Source: an uncultured bacterium
Lineage (GTDB): Bacteria; Hydrothermota; UBA3072
Length of the DNA: 40,448 nucleotides
NCBI GenBank assembly: GCA_964631335.1
Contig: CAZVXD010000002.1
Span: 2,073-42,520, forward strand
Direction: 5' to 3'
Shown: one piece after another, positions 19,072-27,137 of the stretch
Numbering within the stretch: position 1 is the first letter of the stretch
How the letters are laid out: each line of letters opens with the position of its first letter
Notes under the pieces: model-generated
What the model saw: the letters and a program-made list of their open reading frames with translations, nothing else
Told to the model about the DNA's origin: nothing
Databases searched by the model: none
Translations under genes and position numbers: made by a program

Positions 19072-19219
19072 CACAAAGCACGCGAAGGACACAAAGGAAC
19101 ATTTCAGTGTTTAATTGTGAATTGAAAATTGCAAGTTGTAAATTTTAAATTTAAAACAAAGAACAACAACAAATTACACGAATAACACGAATTTTTTTTG
19201 CTTTTTTGGCAAGTGACCA
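19072..19219 (-). repeat. right arm of 148-bp inverted repeat bracketing the TRAP operon
   Basis: It is the reverse complement of 15825-15972 (147/148 identical). Weak homology (TCTTCGG) continues 11 nt beyond the outer edges. Confidence 0.95.
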
Positions 19220-19248
19220 GCCTCCGAAGACTAATGACCAAGTCGTTC

Positions 19249-19299
19249 ACATGTAGAACATGTAGGGATTGTAGCGGTAATGGTGACAGTACTAATGTA
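19249..19299 (+). repeat. degenerate 9-nt array (ACATGTAGA ACATGTAGG GATTGTAGC GGTAATGGT GACAGTACT AATGTA)
   Basis: Read directly. Confidence 0.7.
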
Positions 19300-19400
19300 T
19301 TTAAGTCAAGGGAACTTCTTGCCACGGAGTACACAGATGAAAAAACGCGCATATAACTAAATGAATGGATGCCTAGACAAAGGCTGTTATCTATCATACA

Positions 19401-20717
19401 TCATTCATTGTCGGCCGCAAGGTTTCTTGAAGAGTACTTTCTGTAAACACATTCAGTTAAAAAAGACAGCGCCAAGACAGAAACAAGAACAATAATAGTT
19501 TTCGGAGAATTCTTAATCTCATAGTAAATCAAAACAACGAAAGAAAAAATGCATCCAAAAATAGAAGACCATATAAGATATGGATTCGCGCCAGTCTCTT
19601 TATAAAGCCTTAGATGCGCAAAATTAACGGCACAATAAATAATCAGAAAGGAAGCGCTGCCGAGCATAGCGATTCCGTCCAGATTCAGTAAATTTGTAAA
19701 TAAAATAACCAGACCGGCAGTTATAAATAGTCCTTCTCTATTTTCTCTCCATAATTTTCTTTCAAAAAAAGCCGGTAATTCTCCTTCTTTTGCTATCATA
19801 TAACTTACATTTGCCCCGCCGTAAAGAGTGGCATTAATGGCTGACGAAGTAGAGAATAATGCGGCAACAGCGATTACTTTAAAGCCTACAACTCCGAGAA
19901 AAGGTTTGGCAGCCATTGCCAGCGCATAATCTTTTGCTTCGACTATCTTAGAAACAGGCAAATTACCTATTACGGTCAAAGAGACCGCTAAATATATAAC
20001 GATACATATCAAAACGCTCAAATACAAAGCCCTGGGCAGTGTTTTCCCCGGATTAACCATATCATCAGCCGCATTCGTAATTAAACCAAAACCTTCATAA
20101 GCGAGAAAGACAATTCCTGAGGCAAAAAATATATTAGAAACATGCGGAAAATTCGAAAAGGACAAAAGCGAAGGCTTAATAAAAAAAACACCTATAGAAG
20201 CAAACGCAATGAGAATCAAAACTTTTATTCCAACAATAAATACTTCCGATTTCCCAACAGCTTTAGACCCAATAATGTTAATTGCTGTAAACACGATAAT
20301 TATACCCGTAGAAAATATATTAATCCAGAAACGACTGGCTTCAGCGGGTAAAAACGTCGTAGCATAACCCGCAAATGCGCGGGAATAAAGGCATAAAGCA
20401 AATATATATCCAACCCACAACAAAATATTTAATCCCCCGCTCAGAATGCTGTCGCCGAAACCCTTAATAAGAAACTCTACGGGACCTCCCGCTGAAGGAT
20501 ACCTAACTCCTAACTTCGCGAAAGAATAGGTGCTCAAAAAAGCTACAATACCGGCAGTCAAGAATGCCAGATACATTGCATTTCCAGCTATTTGCGCTGC
20601 CAGACCCAATACAGAGAAAATCCCCGCCCCTATCATTCCACCTACACCAATGGAAACAGCTCCGAAAAGCCCTATAGTTTTTTTCCCTTCTATCTTACTA
20701 TCCCGTGTATCATTCAT
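19401..20717 (-). CDS. APC-superfamily amino acid/polyamine permease
   Basis: 438 aa with about 12 TM helices and an N-terminal GLFGAVSIGVGGMIGAGIF motif typical of APC permeases. Confidence 0.78.
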   Translation of the reverse strand: MNDTRDSKIEGKKTIGLFGAVSIGVGGMIGAGIFSVLGLAAQIAGNAMYLAFLTAGIVAFLSTYSFAKLGVRYPSAGGPVEFLIKGFGDSILSGGLNILLWVGYIFALCLYSRAFAGYATTFLPAEASRFWINIFSTGIIIVFTAINIIGSKAVGKSEVFIVGIKVLILIAFASIGVFFIKPSLLSFSNFPHVSNIFFASGIVFLAYEGFGLITNAADDMVNPGKTLPRALYLSVLICIVIYLAVSLTVIGNLPVSKIVEAKDYALAMAAKPFLGVVGFKVIAVAALFSTSSAINATLYGGANVSYMIAKEGELPAFFERKLWRENREGLFITAGLVILFTNLLNLDGIAMLGSASFLIIYCAVNFAHLRLYKETGANPYLIWSSIFGCIFSFVVLIYYEIKNSPKTIIVLVSVLALSFLTECVYRKYSSRNLAADNE

Positions 20718-20719
20718 TT

Positions 20720-20736
20720 TTATTCATTATGAATAA
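20720..20736. promoter_or_regulatory. 17-bp palindrome TTATTCAT-T-ATGAATAA abutting the APC permease start codon
   Basis: Perfect 8-bp arms, 2 nt upstream of the ATG (20715-20717 on the reverse strand). It occupies the position where an SD would sit. Confidence 0.3.
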
Positions 20737-20844
20737 GCACAAATACTAAAATACTCCTAATTTTATCCGCAAGATTTAAATCCTTTTTCATAGTGCAAGC
20801 TTTATCCCATAATATAGTCCTTCTTCAAAAAAATCTTTCTTTTT

Positions 20845-20872
20845 ATCTTAAAGAAATTCCACACTTTGTCAA
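20845..20872 (-). promoter_or_regulatory. sigma70-type promoter, TTGACA-16-TAAGAT, for the APC permease gene
   Basis: Read on the reverse strand. It implies a leader of about 125 nt. Confidence 0.45.
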
Positions 20873-20926
20873 TAAAAAAATCCTATTTTTTCTCTAAAAA
20901 AGACAATTAAAGTTCACCTAAATACC

Positions 20927-20954
20927 TTGACATTTATCCTTTTTTCGCTACGAT
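20927..20954 (+). promoter_or_regulatory. sigma70-type promoter, ccTTGACA-16-TACGAT, for kduI-kduD
   Basis: The hexamers are followed by an SD-led ATG at 20983. Confidence 0.5.
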
Positions 20955-20982
20955 TTACAATAAAACAAGGAAGGTGGTAACT

Positions 20983-21813
20983 ATGGAAATAAGATACGCG
21001 GCGGATCCAGTTCGCTTCCCCCGTATGACGACTGATGAAATAAGGAAAAATTTTCTGATTCAATCTCTTTTTAAAGTGGGAGAAATAGAAATGGTTTATT
21101 CCGATACCGATCGGGCTATAATCGGTTCTGCCGTTCCTTTCGATAATCCCATTACGCTTTCCGCGGCTGCCGAATTGAAAGCGACTTATTTTACGGAACG
21201 AAGAGAATTGGGAGTCCTCAATATCGGGGGTGGAGGAATTGTACAGGTTAATGAAAAAAAATACAAATTACAGGAACTCGATTGCCTGTATATTGGTAAA
21301 GGTAATGAGAAGATTTCCTTTAACAGCGATAAAGCCGATAATCCCGCGGCTTTTTATCTTTTGAGTTACCCCGCCCACAGGGAATATCCCGTAAAACTTT
21401 CGAAAAAAGAAGACGCGGAACCATCAAATCTCGGCACCGATAAAAGATCGAACAAAAGAACGATATATAAACATATACATCCGGGCGGAATCAAAAGCTG
21501 CCAGCTTGTAATGGGTGTAACCATAATGGCACCCGGAAATGTCTGGAATACCATGCCTCCCCACACACACGAACGAAGAATGGAAGTCTATCTTTATTTC
21601 GGAATAGGAGAATCCGACAGAGTATTTCACTACTGCGGACAACCCCGGGAAACAAGACATATTGTCGTATCCGACAAACAGGCAGTTATCTCTCCCAGCT
21701 GGTCTATTCACTCGGGAGTAGGAACTTCTTCCTACAGTTTCTGCTGGGGAATGGGGGGAGAAAACCAATCATTCGACGATATGGATCATCTGGATATAGG
21801 AGATTTAAAATGA
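20983..21813 (+). CDS. kduI: 5-dehydro-4-deoxy-D-glucuronate isomerase
   Basis: KduI-type sequence (MEIRYAADP ... NVWNTMPPHTHERRMEVYLYF ... WGMGGENQ). The ATG at 20983 has an AAGGAAGG SD 8 nt upstream. The ORF-track GTG at 20974 lies inside that SD. Confidence 0.9.
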   Translation: MEIRYAADPVRFPRMTTDEIRKNFLIQSLFKVGEIEMVYSDTDRAIIGSAVPFDNPITLSAAAELKATYFTERRELGVLNIGGGGIVQVNEKKYKLQELDCLYIGKGNEKISFNSDKADNPAAFYLLSYPAHREYPVKLSKKEDAEPSNLGTDKRSNKRTIYKHIHPGGIKSCQLVMGVTIMAPGNVWNTMPPHTHERRMEVYLYFGIGESDRVFHYCGQPRETRHIVVSDKQAVISPSWSIHSGVGTSSYSFCWGMGGENQSFDDMDHLDIGDLK

Positions 21814-22586
21814 TAGATGGAAATATACTCGACAAATTCAAACTCGAAGGCAAAAGAGCTCTGGTAACAGGCTGCAGACGCGGAATAGGTCTGGGTATGG
21901 CGGAGGCCCTATCGGATGCCGGAGCGGATATCGTGGGAGTAAGCCGTTCTCTAAAAGAGGGAAGTGAAGTAGAAAAACTGGTAAAATCTTCCGGCAGGGA
22001 TTTTAAGGGTTACTCGTGCGATTTTTCTGATAGAAACGCCTTATATGAATTTATAAAAACAGTAAAGAACGATTTTGAACAAATCGACATACTTGTAAAC
22101 AACGCGGGCACTATAAAAAGAAAACCCGCTGAAGAATACCCCGACGAATACTGGAATGAAATAATAGAAGTCAATCTCAACGCGCAATTCATACTGGCAA
22201 GAGAATTCGGAAAAGACATGATAAAAAGGAATTATGGTAAAATTATATTCACCGCTTCGCTCTTATCATTCTTCGGGGGAATAACGGTTCCCGCCTACGC
22301 TGCCAGCAAAGGAGGAATCGGACAGCTAACCAAGGCTCTGTCCAACGAATGGTCGAAATACGGCGTAAACGTAAATGCCATAGCACCCGGTTATATCGCG
22401 ACCGATAATACACAGGCTTTAAGAGACGACCCGAACAGAAACCAGGGGATCTTAAACAGAATACCTGTCGGCAGATGGGGAACTCCCGAAGACTTAAAAG
22501 GCGCTGTGGTTTACCTCGCTTCAGAAGCTTCAGATTACGTTTGCGGCACTATTTTAACCGTGGACGGAGGATGGACAGGTAGATAA
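21810..22586 (+). CDS. kduD: 2-dehydro-3-deoxy-D-gluconate 5-dehydrogenase-like SDR
   Basis: 258-aa classical SDR (TGCRRGIG, YAASKGG). The ATGA overlap with kduI matches the canonical kduI-kduD pairing. Confidence 0.82.
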   Translation: MIDGNILDKFKLEGKRALVTGCRRGIGLGMAEALSDAGADIVGVSRSLKEGSEVEKLVKSSGRDFKGYSCDFSDRNALYEFIKTVKNDFEQIDILVNNAGTIKRKPAEEYPDEYWNEIIEVNLNAQFILAREFGKDMIKRNYGKIIFTASLLSFFGGITVPAYAASKGGIGQLTKALSNEWSKYGVNVNAIAPGYIATDNTQALRDDPNRNQGILNRIPVGRWGTPEDLKGAVVYLASEASDYVCGTILTVDGGWTGR

Positions 22587-22590
22587 AGCT

Positions 22591-23271
22591 CTATTCCTTC
22601 GAATAGATTATAGACATCCACTTTTCCGCGACTTCTTCCATTTTCTGCGGATTATCTATATTCCTGGTAATTGCCGAACCGCAAAATATTCCATCGGGAT
22701 CGTTTTTTACAATTTCCTCCAGATTTTCCGCGGACACTCCTCCCGTATAGAACACGGCCAAACCTTTATAAGGTCCTTTCCAGGCTTTTGTAATACCATA
22801 AAAAGAATTTGTGGCTGTAACTGTAGGAAAAAGCTTATATACCCACTGGTAAGGATATTTATCTTTTAATTCCGAAAATTCACAACCATAGAGTTCCGCT
22901 TTCTTAACAAGCTGCTTTCCCACATCACCCAAACCTCCTGGGACACACATAATATCTTCAGAAACGCACATTTTCAACACTTCAGGAATATAATCGGCGG
23001 ATATAATACCCGCCACACCCTTACCGATGGCATCTTCCGCTAATTCCGGGGTCATAACCGTTCCGGCAAGAATTAGCGCGTCGGGATATTTTTCGAGAAC
23101 AGCTTCTATACCCTGCGAAGCGATCTCTGAACGAAAAACAATCTCGAGGGTAACCCCGAGAGGATTCAATATTTCATAAGCTTCAATACACTCGGCAGTA
23201 GTTGCCGGAGCTAAAATCGCAATGACCCTATTCTCTTTAATTCTCTTAAAAACTTCTGCCGATTTACTCAC
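22591..23271 (-). CDS. KDPG/KHG aldolase-like protein (Eda family, divergent)
   Basis: 226 aa with a GTG start and a GGAGG SD. Aldolase-like features are RVIAIL, GAGTV-like LAGTVMT and the Schiff-base-lysine context YKLFPT. It carries an internal insertion relative to typical Eda proteins. Confidence 0.65.
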   Translation of the reverse strand: MSKSAEVFKRIKENRVIAILAPATTAECIEAYEILNPLGVTLEIVFRSEIASQGIEAVLEKYPDALILAGTVMTPELAEDAIGKGVAGIISADYIPEVLKMCVSEDIMCVPGGLGDVGKQLVKKAELYGCEFSELKDKYPYQWVYKLFPTVTATNSFYGITKAWKGPYKGLAVFYTGGVSAENLEEIVKNDPDGIFCGSAITRNIDNPQKMEEVAEKWMSIIYSKE

Positions 23272-23344
23272 ATTACACCTCCGTTTATAACCCTATATTT
23301 AGAAAATCATTAAATGTAAAAGTTTATCAGAATCTCTACACTTC

Positions 23345-23373
23345 ATTTTAGATGTAATCATTTAATTTGTCAA
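23345..23373 (-). promoter_or_regulatory. sigma70-type promoter, ccTTGACA-17-TAAAAT, for the Eda-like gene
   Basis: Read on the reverse strand. It implies a leader of about 65 nt carrying a GGAGG SD. Confidence 0.55.
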
Positions 23374-23394
23374 GGACTATTAAAACCATAAAAC

Positions 23395-23406
23395 ACACAA
23401 TTGTGT
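23395..23406. promoter_or_regulatory. 12-bp perfect palindrome ACACAATTGTGT upstream of the Eda-like gene promoter
   Basis: It lies about 22 nt upstream of the -35 hexamer. It may be an operator or activator site, and no family is assigned. Confidence 0.2.
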
Positions 23407-23419
23407 TGGGCAATAGGTA

Positions 23420-23472
23420 ATCTTGTAATAATCTGTGAAATCTTCTGGTTTCTTTTGGAGTCTGTGGTTTAG
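23420..23472 (+). repeat. 9-nt-period module (TCTTGTAAT AATCTGTGA AATCTTCTG GTTTCTTTT GGAGTCTGT GGTTTAG)
   Basis: Six units with 9-nt spacing, ending in CTGTGGTTTAG. Confidence 0.65.
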
Positions 23473-23490
23473 TTATAAAAAATAATTTTA

Positions 23491-23520
23491 TCTCTGCGTA
23501 CTTTGCGTCTTTGAGGTTCG
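23491..23520 (+). repeat. 9-nt-period module (TCTCTGCG TACTTTGCG TCTTTGAGG TTCG)
   Basis: Three units, ending in GGTTCG. Confidence 0.65.
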
Positions 23521-23562
23521 ACTACCCTTGAGATTACTTCGCGGAGGGTGAAGCAGGAGGTA

Positions 23563-23578
23563 AAACTCGTAATGACAA
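23563..23578 (+). repeat. 16-nt exact word AAACTCGTAATGACAA (copy 1)
   Basis: It is identical to 27316-27331 and has the same order and orientation relative to the 45-nt block. Confidence 0.8.
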
Positions 23579-23622
23579 TTTTTTCGTGTGTTTTTTTAAC
23601 AAAATCAAAAGGTGTAGTGGGG

Positions 23623-23653
23623 TTTTCGTATATTTCGTATGTTTCGTGGTTCA
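23623..23653 (+). repeat. 9-nt-period module (TTTTCGTAT ATTTCGTAT GTTTCGTGG TTCA)
   Basis: Three near-identical units, ending in GTGGTTCA. Confidence 0.8.
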
Positions 23654-23684
23654 ATAATTTTGTTGTTTTTCTTTTTGTTCTTTT

Positions 23685-23729
23685 CGGGCTTTGTGCTTCA
23701 TATTATGTGTTAGCGATTTAACCGCGTTG
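23685..23729 (+). repeat. 45-nt conserved block shared with 27376-27420
   Basis: CGGGCTTTGTGcTTCATATTATGTGTTAGCGaTTTaACCGCGTTG matches the other copy at 42/45 positions in direct orientation. Confidence 0.9.
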
Positions 23730-23798
23730 TTGTTACTTAATTAAAGAGAAAATCATCCAACTTAAACCGATTAATCCACCACAACTAACTCTTAATCA

Positions 23799-24731
23799 CT
23801 ATAATATTATCAACTTGGCTGTCTTTCCTGTTTTGTTTGCCGTAACTTTGTACAGATATACTCCGGGTGTTAAATCCAGGTCAACGGAATAATTTCCCGC
23901 AGACTGTAATCCCGGAACAATTTGCTTAACTCTTTGACCGAGGGTATTATAAACCGCAAGGTGAACAAACGCGTTAGCGTTTATCTCATAGCTCAATTTA
24001 TTAATGGACGCTTTTGGTAGAGAAACTATGACACTCGCGTCCTCTGCCGGAATATCGATACCGGAGTAGTCTGTGCTATGTATAAGATCGACCCAAATTG
24101 TATCATTAGGATTGACTGTATCGGCGTATGTGAATTGAACACCTACTGCGAACAACTCTCCTCCGCCGACAGTATCAGGCAGTATAACCTCAAACGCTTT
24201 CCACCCCCCATCGGTAAATCCTTCCACATCATAAAGACTATCTATACCGATAGAGTCGTCGTCGAACACACCCCAATCGAGATACTGGGAATAAGGTTGA
24301 TATAAAAGCTGTGTATCGATTTCGCCTTTAGGCGGAATCCAGACATGGAAAGTGACGGTATCCCCTGTCTCCAAAGTGGCAACCTTTTCACCACCTTCAC
24401 CCGGACGGCTGCCAAAATCCCAGCTCATAGCACCGATTGGTTCAGTGACAGTAGTATCATAAAATATTACACCCATCATATAATCACCTTCATAGGCTGA
24501 CCCCAAAGGAGTCTCCGCCCCAAATGCGCTAAAAACCTCGCCCGGCCTCCTGTCATTAATACCGATTCTCGCAAACCATCCGTCCAAATATGAAAACGTT
24601 GAATCGGTATAACGCACTACCAGGTAAACAGTATCATCAATGCCTTCAAAATCAGATACAAAAGCGAATGTAGATATAGAAAGCAACATAAGCAAAAACA
24701 ATACAATACCTAAACATTTCCTCATCATCAA
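23799..24731 (-). CDS. secreted protein with T9SS type-A C-terminal sorting domain
   Basis: It has a signal peptide (LGIVLFLLMLLSISTFA). The C-terminus LAVYNTLGQRV ... PGVYLYKVTANKTGKTAKLIIL matches the Por_Secre_tail pattern. The true start is probably the 2nd or 3rd Met (24728/24725), after AAGGAGG. Confidence 0.7.
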   Translation of the reverse strand: MMMRKCLGIVLFLLMLLSISTFAFVSDFEGIDDTVYLVVRYTDSTFSYLDGWFARIGINDRRPGEVFSAFGAETPLGSAYEGDYMMGVIFYDTTVTEPIGAMSWDFGSRPGEGGEKVATLETGDTVTFHVWIPPKGEIDTQLLYQPYSQYLDWGVFDDDSIGIDSLYDVEGFTDGGWKAFEVILPDTVGGGELFAVGVQFTYADTVNPNDTIWVDLIHSTDYSGIDIPAEDASVIVSLPKASINKLSYEINANAFVHLAVYNTLGQRVKQIVPGLQSAGNYSVDLDLTPGVYLYKVTANKTGKTAKLIIL

Positions 24732-24956
24732 CCTCCTTTAGTTTCTTTTGAGTTGGATGATTCTCTTTAATTAAAAAAACCATTGAAGGTTTTATTATAA
24801 GGTAACTTAACAAAGAAAAAAGTCAAGGACTCCGTTCCCTTAAATATGAATAGCCTAAGCATTGGAAACCAAAGATATAAAAGAAAATTTTGAAAAAACC
24901 TCCGCCAAAGAAAGCCCCAACAAAACAACACTATAAAAACAAAATTCAAAAACCCC

Positions 24957-24984
24957 TTGACAAAACAAAAAAAATCATTATACC
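24957..24984 (+). promoter_or_regulatory. sigma70-type promoter, ccTTGACA-16-TATACC, for the lipoprotein gene 25023
   Basis: Consensus -35 with a weak -10. Confidence 0.4.
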
Positions 24985-25022
24985 ACTTTAAAAAACAAAG
25001 TACTTTTATTAAAGAGGCAAAG

Positions 25023-25718
25023 ATGAAAAAATTTTTATTAGCGATAAATGTAATTTTTATACTCTTTTTCGCGTCATGCGCGCCACCCGTTTATCTTCCG
25101 AGCAGTATTAATGCTCCCCTGCTTAAGGGAAAAGGGGATGCCGGCGTTGGATACAACAAACCGCTTGGGGGTCACGATATACAAATCTCTCACGCCTCCT
25201 CAGAAAATGTAGGATTAATGTTAAACGGGATCTACCTCTCAGAATCGTGGTCGGATAATTATCGTAGACATAAATTCTTCGAAATGGGGATGGGTTTTTT
25301 TTCTCATCAGGATGAAGGCTTTATTCAGGAAATATACGCCGGCGCCGGATGGGGATCAAATTCACTTAAAGAGGCTATCCTTTTCGATTCAGAAGATGCT
25401 CGTGTCAGCGCGGACTATATTCGACTTTTCCTTCAGCCTACTTTCGGATTACGTAAAGCAATCTTCGAAGCCGGATTTAGTCTGCGAATGTTCTATATAA
25501 ATTTTTACAAAATACACAACTCAAATATTGATTTCCTCAGGGAAACTACTATTTTGGAACCTGTTGTTTTTATTAAACTCGGACCGCCTGTTTTTAAATT
25601 CCAAATGCAGTTGGGTAATTCATTCAGACCTTTTAAAAATCCTGAAGACCGGGGAGATATCTTCTATGACAACCGGATTTTGGGAGCCGGTTTCACAATC
25701 ATGCTGAATATTAAATGA
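25023..25718 (+). CDS. hypothetical lipoprotein (possible outer-membrane beta-barrel)
   Basis: The ATG at 25023 follows an AGAGG SD and gives MKKFLLAINVIFILFFASC (lipobox). The ORF-track start at 24957 is the TTG of a -35 hexamer. No family recognised. Confidence 0.55.
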   Translation: MKKFLLAINVIFILFFASCAPPVYLPSSINAPLLKGKGDAGVGYNKPLGGHDIQISHASSENVGLMLNGIYLSESWSDNYRRHKFFEMGMGFFSHQDEGFIQEIYAGAGWGSNSLKEAILFDSEDARVSADYIRLFLQPTFGLRKAIFEAGFSLRMFYINFYKIHNSNIDFLRETTILEPVVFIKLGPPVFKFQMQLGNSFRPFKNPEDRGDIFYDNRILGAGFTIMLNIK

Positions 25719-25748
25719 ACATATATAAGAATCAAAATCTCTATCCGC

Positions 25749-25776
25749 TTGACAGAGAATTCTAACAAAATAAATT
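25749..25776 (+). promoter_or_regulatory. orphan sigma70-type promoter, gcTTGACA-16-TAAATT, with no downstream CDS
   Basis: It uses the same hexamer pair as the 35658 promoter. It points into a 120-bp non-coding stretch and then antisense into the 3' end of the oxidoreductase gene. Confidence 0.45.
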
Positions 25777-25897
25777 ATAGGACAAATATCGTTTCTAAAA
25801 TATTTGATAATTCTAAATTGAAAAGCACTTAATACATATTTGTGGTGTATTGTGTGTTTAATATATTTAGCATATTTCGTGTTTTAACGAAAACTAT

Positions 25898-27067
25898 CTA
25901 CTTAAATAAAGAGACAAATGAAAAAAACTTATTCGGTACTTTATTTATAAAAAATCCAATCCCAGACTTAATAATATCTCGGTGATAATCAAAACGGAAT
26001 TTTTCTTCCAGTTCCTCTTTAGCAGAAGGGTTCTTCTTGAAAAAATTAAAAACATTATCCACAATCTGCGGTGTGAGCTTAGACGCCACTTTCCTTACCA
26101 TTATACCGTTTCTTATCTCCTCTCCCATCCTCTCCACCCAAATATCTTCGTACTTCTTTAACATACCGGCAGAGAAATTATTTATCTTCGCCGCGCTTGA
26201 AAGGACATCGGCGGCTATCGAAGCTCCTATAAGACCGTAGTAAATACCGCCGCCCGTTGTTGTTTTTACCTGACCGGCAGCTTCACCCACCGCAAGCACT
26301 CTTTCATCCGTAATTTTTTCAGTATTCCCGCAAGCAATCGGAGCTTTTTCCAATTTTTCGAGATTTACATCAAATCTTCCATTACTCTTATATATAAGAT
26401 CCTTTAAAGATTCTTGACTGCTTTTACTTGAAAGAGAACCTATCCTTGTATGACCGTTCATAGGAATAACCCAACCAAAAGAACTTAAATCCGGTTCATT
26501 CAAAATATAAACTTCAACAGACCCCTTTGCTTCTCCCCCTTTAACTTCGACCCGATTCCCCCAAAGTATCCCACCGGGAACGGATAAACCCATTCTACCG
26601 TGAAGAGAAAAATTGGTCCCGGATGCTATAATAATACACCTCGCGCTTTTGCTAAATTCTTTGCCATTTTTGTGATATTTAATCGAAGCCCGGTTCTTCT
26701 CCCTATTGATTTCAAATACTCTGCTATCAAGAGAAATATCCACACCCTCTCTCGCGGCTTCTCCGACTAATTCTTTATCAAATTTCTTTCTGTCGACAAT
26801 ATATGCAAAAGGTTTTTCTCTAAGATATTCTAATTCCACCAGAGACGGAGAAAAAAGTTTAAGAGAAGATATCTCTCTGATAATTGCTTTCACTGGCAGT
26901 TTAAATTTTTCATAGGCATCTTGACCTACTATACCGCTGCAGATTACTCCCTCACCCGCCTTTTTTTTCTGTTCAAAAACACACACAGACCATCCCTCCT
27001 CCGCGAGAGATTTAGACAGGTAAGAACCAGCCGGACCCGCTCCAACTACAATAAAATCATAATCCAT
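25898..27067 (-). CDS. FAD-dependent oxidoreductase, geranylgeranyl-reductase-like
   Basis: 389 aa. The N-terminal YDFIVVGAGPAGSYLS dinucleotide fold and the overall layout resemble the GGR/FixC family. Confidence 0.65.
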   Translation of the reverse strand: MDYDFIVVGAGPAGSYLSKSLAEEGWSVCVFEQKKKAGEGVICSGIVGQDAYEKFKLPVKAIIREISSLKLFSPSLVELEYLREKPFAYIVDRKKFDKELVGEAAREGVDISLDSRVFEINREKNRASIKYHKNGKEFSKSARCIIIASGTNFSLHGRMGLSVPGGILWGNRVEVKGGEAKGSVEVYILNEPDLSSFGWVIPMNGHTRIGSLSSKSSQESLKDLIYKSNGRFDVNLEKLEKAPIACGNTEKITDERVLAVGEAAGQVKTTTGGGIYYGLIGASIAADVLSSAAKINNFSAGMLKKYEDIWVERMGEEIRNGIMVRKVASKLTPQIVDNVFNFFKKNPSAKEELEEKFRFDYHRDIIKSGIGFFINKVPNKFFSFVSLFK

Positions 27068-27077
27068 GATAACCCAG

Positions 27078-27105
27078 AATATATAAAAATAACCGACTTT
27101 CGCAA
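27078..27105 (-). promoter_or_regulatory. sigma70-type promoter, TTGCGA-16-TATATT, for the FAD oxidoreductase gene (near-leaderless)
   Basis: Read on the reverse strand. The -10 ends 10 nt before the ATG at 27067, and there is no SD. Confidence 0.5.
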
Positions 27106-27137
27106 GTGTTTAAAACCCACTCTCAACCCGGGGATAT

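Noticed and set aside
15825-19219. The inverted-repeat-flanked TRAP operon as an IS-bounded composite transposon or an invertase-controlled switch.
   Set aside because: The arms are only 148 bp, encode nothing, and no transposase, integrase or invertase gene occurs in the window. I kept it as a finding only in the weaker sense of a recombination-prone or recently duplicated structure.
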